From Bugula neritina (lineage: Eukaryota; Animalia; Bryozoa), in assembly GCA_964035545.1 (NCBI GenBank), contig OZ037768.1, forward strand, positions 3,938,741-4,002,740: a stretch of DNA of 64,000 nt, in the 5' to 3' direction. The translations under genes were made by a program, and so were the position numbers. Shown in pieces: positions 58,282 through 64,000 of the stretch. Positions within the stretch are counted from its first letter, which is position 1. Every line of letters starts with the position of its first letter. The notes beneath the pieces were generated by a model that did no database searches, had not been told where the DNA came from, and saw only the letters and a list, made by a program, of their open reading frames with translations.

Positions 58282-58349
58282 AAGAAGTAATAACTTATAA
58301 GAAAAGGGTAAGCACAAGAAGTAATAACTTATAAGAAAAGGGTAAGCAC
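58282..58349. repeat. Exact 34-bp tandem duplication just upstream of the calmodulin-like 1 ATG
   Basis: AAGAAGTAATAACTTATAAGAAAAGGGTAAGCAC x2. Confidence 0.9.
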
Positions 58350-58673
58350 TCAGACTTGCAGCTACTAGATCATAGCCGTTATTGTGCTTAGAAAAAATCA
58401 ATCAGCTTTTTATGTTACCTTGCATCAAACAAATAATTAGTAAAAATACCAAATGATAAATAACAGAATAATTGACTTTTGTTATATTTCAATACAATAG
58501 CATAAACCATTATAACAATAAATTGAAGCCTTGTATAATATTTCACACATGCAGGCATAATTACACATTGAAAGTGTTATATAACACCAGTGTATATGTC
58601 AACAATTCATTTTAATCAATCAATATGTTCTTTGATGAAAAATCTCTAGAGTCTTGCTTATCAATCTTGAGAT

Positions 58674-61600
58674 TCATGTGTCTGGTTTAGATTGAACAGT
58701 GTCAGATTCTGGTTTCTGCTTTTTCCTCTCCATTCTGTACGTCTCATTTATTTTTATTCTAGAAACTTCTGGCTTTTTAAATGGGTATGAATTATCCATA
58801 TACATTGTGACAAACTCTGTAACAAACAATGCTAATTTATAGTCGGTGTGTACAGACAACTCCTAAATAACTGACAAAATATTTTTGGCAGGTTTCTGTT
58901 GGTATCCCTATTTTTGAACTGAAATTCATTTCTATGGTGCCTATCATGTTACTATAACTCCAAAAAGCACAAATTTCATTTCTTTATAGTTAACAAGTAT
59001 TTATAACCTAGAAAGTAGTGGTGTAAACGGCAAAGAACAGGTAGGTAGAATGAAAGGGTGTAAAGTTGAAAGAACAATCAATATTGAGCTGATATGGAAT
59101 TGATCAGCTCACCTACGTAGTCAAACTTGCCATCACCATTCATATCATATTTCATGAGATCCTGTAAAAGCTGTGAGGCTTCTTCCTGGGTCCATTTCTC
59201 TCCCGCACCTGTCAGCACTTTCTATACTCAAATAAAACAGAAACGTAGAAAATTATCTAAACCACTCAACTAGGTATTTTCCGGTTAATTGATCTAAAGT
59301 CTAAACTAATAAAATCTGAAGCCACTCAATTTGAAGACTTAGACAGAAATCCCTACATATAAAAACTATCTGCAAGGGTATAATTACACAGACTCAAATC
59401 TATAAATACAAACTAAATACTTTTTAAATATAGCTGGAGTATTACATTTATGCATAGTGAGTGCTATATTTATACAAGGGGATTAGCAAATATTCAACAC
59501 CTTAGGCTTAAAAATTAATTATTTAAAACCAACTTTATGCAATCAATATTTTCAAGAACCAGGGAATTTTATAAACAATATTTTCAAACATTTTAATCAA
59601 CATATTTACTTTATTGAACAAGACAGCTAAGCTGTATGCCCACAAATAGATTATAGAAGAAAGATATAGTGTTGTGGACAGCAACTATACACTGTACTAC
59701 TTACTTTTAGCTCTAAAAGATTAAGAAATCCGTCCTTGTTTGTGTCTAACCTGTTGAAGGCATCCAGTAATTCTTCACCATTTACACTATGCTGAGCTAA
59801 AATCTTATAATTGTCAACTAGCTCAGTGATTTCAAGATTTCCATCACCTGCATTGAATAATCAAACTAGTTTATTTAATCACAGCAAAGTTTATTTGGAA
59901 AAATGTGTTACTGCCAAAGAAATATTTTATATATGTTATATTTCATAAATTGGGGCAGCCGCAGTCTAGGGGTTAAAGTGCTGGAATTTAGTAAACTCAT
60001 ATAGTCATGGATTCAATCTCCATTAAAGGCCATTGGTGATATTAGAAAGAGCATCCAGTCATAATTGTTCCTTTGCCACATCTGAATTTAATTCCTTAAC
60101 ATGATTTAACAAAAAACCCTTTCCATCAGGGGTTTCTCACAGGGATAGTGATTATAAGCTTGCGTGAGTTTTATGTTTAATAAATTAGTGCTACCAACTA
60201 AAACACAGAGAAAACAACTCCACATTATCAAAATTGGCTTAACAGTAGGATACTAAGCAAATGCTCACCGTGTCTGTCCAGCAATCTGAGAATATCTTTT
60301 GTATCCTCTTCTGTCGGATGTACCCCAACAAAGTTGAGAGCTGCTGGTAACTCTTCAACGTTTATTTTGCCGTCACCATTCTTATCAAATTGTTTGAAAC
60401 ATTCAATTAAGACTAAAAAAGAATTGTTGAAAATAGTGATGAACTGCAATATGGGCAGGCACTTTAAGCAATATTTATTTTCAGAACACATTTTGGAATT
60501 GCCTTTATGCATAAAGGAAAGTTGCATGAAGTCATGGGTAACAAAGATTCTCAACATAAAACTATAAACTTTTAATCTGTAATTTTTTCATAAACAATTC
60601 TACAAAACTGGTAAAAAAATTTTTATGCTGTTACCTATAAAATTAAAAAAAAAAATTTTAACAATTTTCAAAACCACGCATGCAATTTTCACTTTTTGCT
60701 ATACAGGTGTCTAAAATAAATTTCAGTCATTATTTATGGTAACTCAGCTTTTTAAATCTTATTTTTGCTGCAACTTTATAGCTTTTATTCTTCAAAAGAA
60801 AATTAAAAAAATATTACAAAAAATTATTTGTGTGAAAGCTCGCCGCTTAGTGGTTATTAGGGTTTATAGTACTATAGTTGACTAGTACACACAGTGCAGT
60901 ACACTATTTAGTGCATCATGTAGTGCATTGTGTCATGTAAGATACTGAGTGTAGTGTAGTGTGCTGCATAGTGTGTATATTGTGTTTTTTACTGTGTACT
61001 ATGTAATGTACTGTGTTGTATACTGTGTACTGTATTGTGTTATACATTAAATTGGGTGATGTACTGTGTAGTATACCTACTGTGTAGTCAGTGATGTGTA
61101 TAGCAAAACATACAAACAAAGGTAATGAAAAGTTTATAGAAAACATAAGTGCAACCACCTATTATACCTATATACCTACACTTATACACTGTAGATTACA
61201 TTTTGTTATAGACATCCGATATGTTTACGTTGCATTGATCTCTTATTAGTTTGCATACAAAAATAACTACTCTAAGCTTTTGCATTGCTCAGCTATATCA
61301 TATATCAGCTGCGTATACACATGTGCTTTAAAAACACTACTTGTGTATGTAAGCTGGCTATAATCAAGATTGGTGTCAAAATTCAATTACTCATCAAGTT
61401 GAAATTCTCTGTTTACTATATAATTAAAGGTAGAGTTATATAAAGTAGTATATAAGTATATAGCCGTGTGTACAAAATGACCCTAAGGCTAAGCCACCCT
61501 TTTACTAAACTGATGTAATTAAATAAATAATTATAATGAAGGCTCTCCAATTTAACTTCTATAAACCTGCTTCAATAAGACACCCGAGCATGAGTCTAAT

Positions 61601-62196
61601 TGTATCTGCACTAACAAATTCTGCACAAATGATCAAATTAATTTTAATATTTTTCTAAAATTTACACCATAGCATTGCAAAACAAGAAAAAAGATTTCTA
61701 CAATTGAAAAATCAATATTCCTAGGTTCTAGCTGAAGTAGATTACTTATACACATACTTGAATTTGAGATGACAGTTGAAAGCCATGTTTAACGTACTTA
61801 ATACACTTCACTTAGACTTCAATGTTGCATTGCAAAGTAATGCAGGGCAATTTGAAGCTATAACCAACAGCGCTAAAATAAAGCAGTAAATGGAGTACTT
61901 TTTGTTAATACAGAGCACTTACCGTTTCTACTTCCATCAGATAGTGCTAGACGTAGTGGATCAGGTCTTGACGATTCAGCCTATAATATATAACGAAGTT
62001 ATTAAGAAAAATATTAAAATACAATACCAGCTTCGATGTTTTCTCTTATGACATTATATCATGGTTTTTAATAGCATATAATAAAACAACTTTCATTAGC
62101 AGTAATGCCTGGGATGTAGCTTTGGAGTCAATGAATGCATTATGTAGGTAACGAGTAAAACTGTGTGCGCAATGAACAAAGTAAAATGCTTACCAT
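58674..62196 (-). CDS. Divergent calmodulin-like four-EF-hand protein 2 (tandem paralog with C-terminal extension), 6 exons
   Basis: Exons 62194-62196 (ATG only), 61923-61980, 60269-60412, 59705-59847, 59113-59221, 58674-58817. EF loops DKNGDGKINVEE, DRHGDGNLEITE, DTNKDGFLNLLE and DMNGDGKFDYVE; shares QHSVNG.EL..AFN.LD with paralog 1. Confidence 0.9.
59952..60150 (+). mobile_element. tRNA-derived SINE-like repeat
   Basis: GGGGCAG...GTCTAGGGGTTAA (A-box-like) and GGATTCAATCTC (B-box-like), followed by blocks shared with 45334-45560. Confidence 0.55.
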
Positions 62197-62899
62197 GACA
62201 ATAGTCAGCCAATAAGAAAGCAGCTACCACCTTTCTACTACTTCTCTATATAATTACTTTTTTTTGTTTTTCCGTGTAGCTCTAAATATTTTTCTTTTAT
62301 TATGTTCTACAGTTGCATAAAATCGTAGTGAAACTAAGCGATGGAAGAAAGTTACATAAAAGATTAATTCAGTTCATTCAGCTCTGCTTGTTAGGCTGCC
62401 TTGAGAAGTCAGCAGTTTGTTTCCTGCTATCTACTATCACAGTACTAACGTAACTATTTAGTTGTTATGTATTAATATCATTCGAATGAGAATATCAGTT
62501 TGAAATAGCATTTAAAGAGCTAAACAAACAAAAATAGGTGATAAAAATACTCTGAAAGCAAACGTTTATTTTACCTAGCTTAATTAGCATCAGTTTTTTT
62601 AGCTGTGCTCAAGCAGTAACACAAAGTTAGGCTGTACTCAATGTAGCAGCTTTAGAGGATGTTGAAAGCTATCTTTTTACTACCATATATAAATTAATGT
62701 TGTGGTTAATAGAATGCCTTATTAACTCCAGATCAATCTTACCTTACAACTTGGTTTTAGCGGCAAAAAATTGTTGATACTTTGAAAATAAAAAGTTTTA
62801 ATTATGCTGGGGAGAGCCCAGACTTTTATTTGCTACAATAAACTAATAATAAATTTGATTCAGCAGTTGAAAAATTCAAATTTAGGGCGAGAATCCTGG

Positions 62900-63045
62900 T
62901 GGTATTGAGGGTTAAGCTTTGTCTTCAAACATGCTGTAGCATGGCTTGAAGATTTCAAAGTGAATTTGCTATACTGTGATCATCAGGCTAAAGCAACACA
63001 TGCCGCTGTGACAACACCTCTAACAACTGGACGACCATTCTCTCC
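62900..63045 (-). mobile_element. Possible third, inverted degenerate SINE-like copy
   Basis: The reverse complement (ATGGTCGTCCAGTTGTTAGAGGTGTTGTCACAGC...CATGTG...TCTTCAAGCCATGCTACAGCATG) resembles the head and the internal hairpin of 45334-45560. Confidence 0.35.
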
Positions 63046-64000
63046 TTATTTCAATCCAATATAAAATTGGAAACTCACACATAATTACCACCATGCATAA
63101 GTTAGCCTGTACTTACTGTTTACATAGCCTATATCAAACATTACCTTACATATGCATACACTGTGTTATCTAAACCAAGGTACAGACATTTTAATTTTTA
63201 GAATTACAATACAAAAAGAGCGAAAGCTAGATAAAGTAGCACCAAAATTATTTACAATTTTATAGTTAATGAAATATATGGCATATAGTACAAACCTGTC
63301 AGACTTTGACACTGCATACAAACAGAATGAATTATATATTGTAGATGTGATGAATTACTAACAGCTGACCACAATAATCAATTTAAATGTAATGTTTTCT
63401 TTAATATGTAAATATTTGCTTGATAACTTGAGTAGTGTTATATTTAATTGCTTAACGTTTCTTACAAGCTGTCAGTTTTCTTGTTGCTAGACTTCACTAA
63501 CAGTTAGACTATATAACTTTACTACATCATCATATAAACTGCCTATATTATGCTGCTACTGCCGGAATAAGTTGAATTATATTAATATGTGAATATACAA
63601 ATTATAATAATTACAGAGGATTAAAAGTTTCTATTCAGGTTCCCATTGAGTTTAATCAATAGATCTTAGAAAAATTTGAAAAATATTATGGTAATTACAT
63701 GCATAATAACCATTAAATACAGATGTACTCAAAGTGAAAGTGAATGTATATGAAAATCTTTTACTTTTATAGATCAACATAATTGCTATTAACAATGGAG
63801 TCAAAAGGCACATGGACTGCTATAAAAGATTCAATCAATAGCCTTATAATACTGGTAGTGTATAACAGCACAGTCTCCTTAATAGCACTAAAACTGGAAT
63901 ACTGTTCTATGCAAGTCATGTTAATAAGTTTTAGCACAGATAACACTCAAACATTAAATACACAGGAATAGAGCACTCGGCTTGATCTAAATACTACGAT

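Overview
AT-rich, intron-rich animal genomic DNA; probably an invertebrate, but the species cannot be established from sequence alone. There are no prokaryotic features and no CRISPR array. Nine protein-coding genes were reconstructed by hand from GT-AG splice signals and reading phase. In order they are PHYH (-, 3' end beyond the left edge), a PRRT3/4-like multi-pass membrane protein (-), ferroportin SLC40A1 (-), GTPBP4/NOG1 (-), a tandem pair of glucose-6-phosphatase (G6PC)-like genes (+), a CNBD2-like cyclic-nucleotide-binding protein (+) and a tandem pair of divergent calmodulin-like genes (-). The most notable result is that both G6PC paralogs keep intact ORFs and the ancestral intron positions, yet both have lost the catalytic H119, R170 and H176 equivalents, so they look like a conserved pseudo-phosphatase pair. 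They could also be spliced in frame into one double-domain protein. Other highlights: ferroportin lacks its C326/H507 metal and hepcidin site; there is a long structured-RNA candidate at about 3.36-3.58 kb and an H/ACA-like RNA in a NOG1 intron; several minisatellites amplify splice sites; and there is a perfect 62-bp template-switch palindrome, a hAT MITE with an 8-bp TSD, degenerate SINE-like copies and a ~0.9-kb pure (GT)n tract. Exon coordinates are manual and may be off by a few bases.
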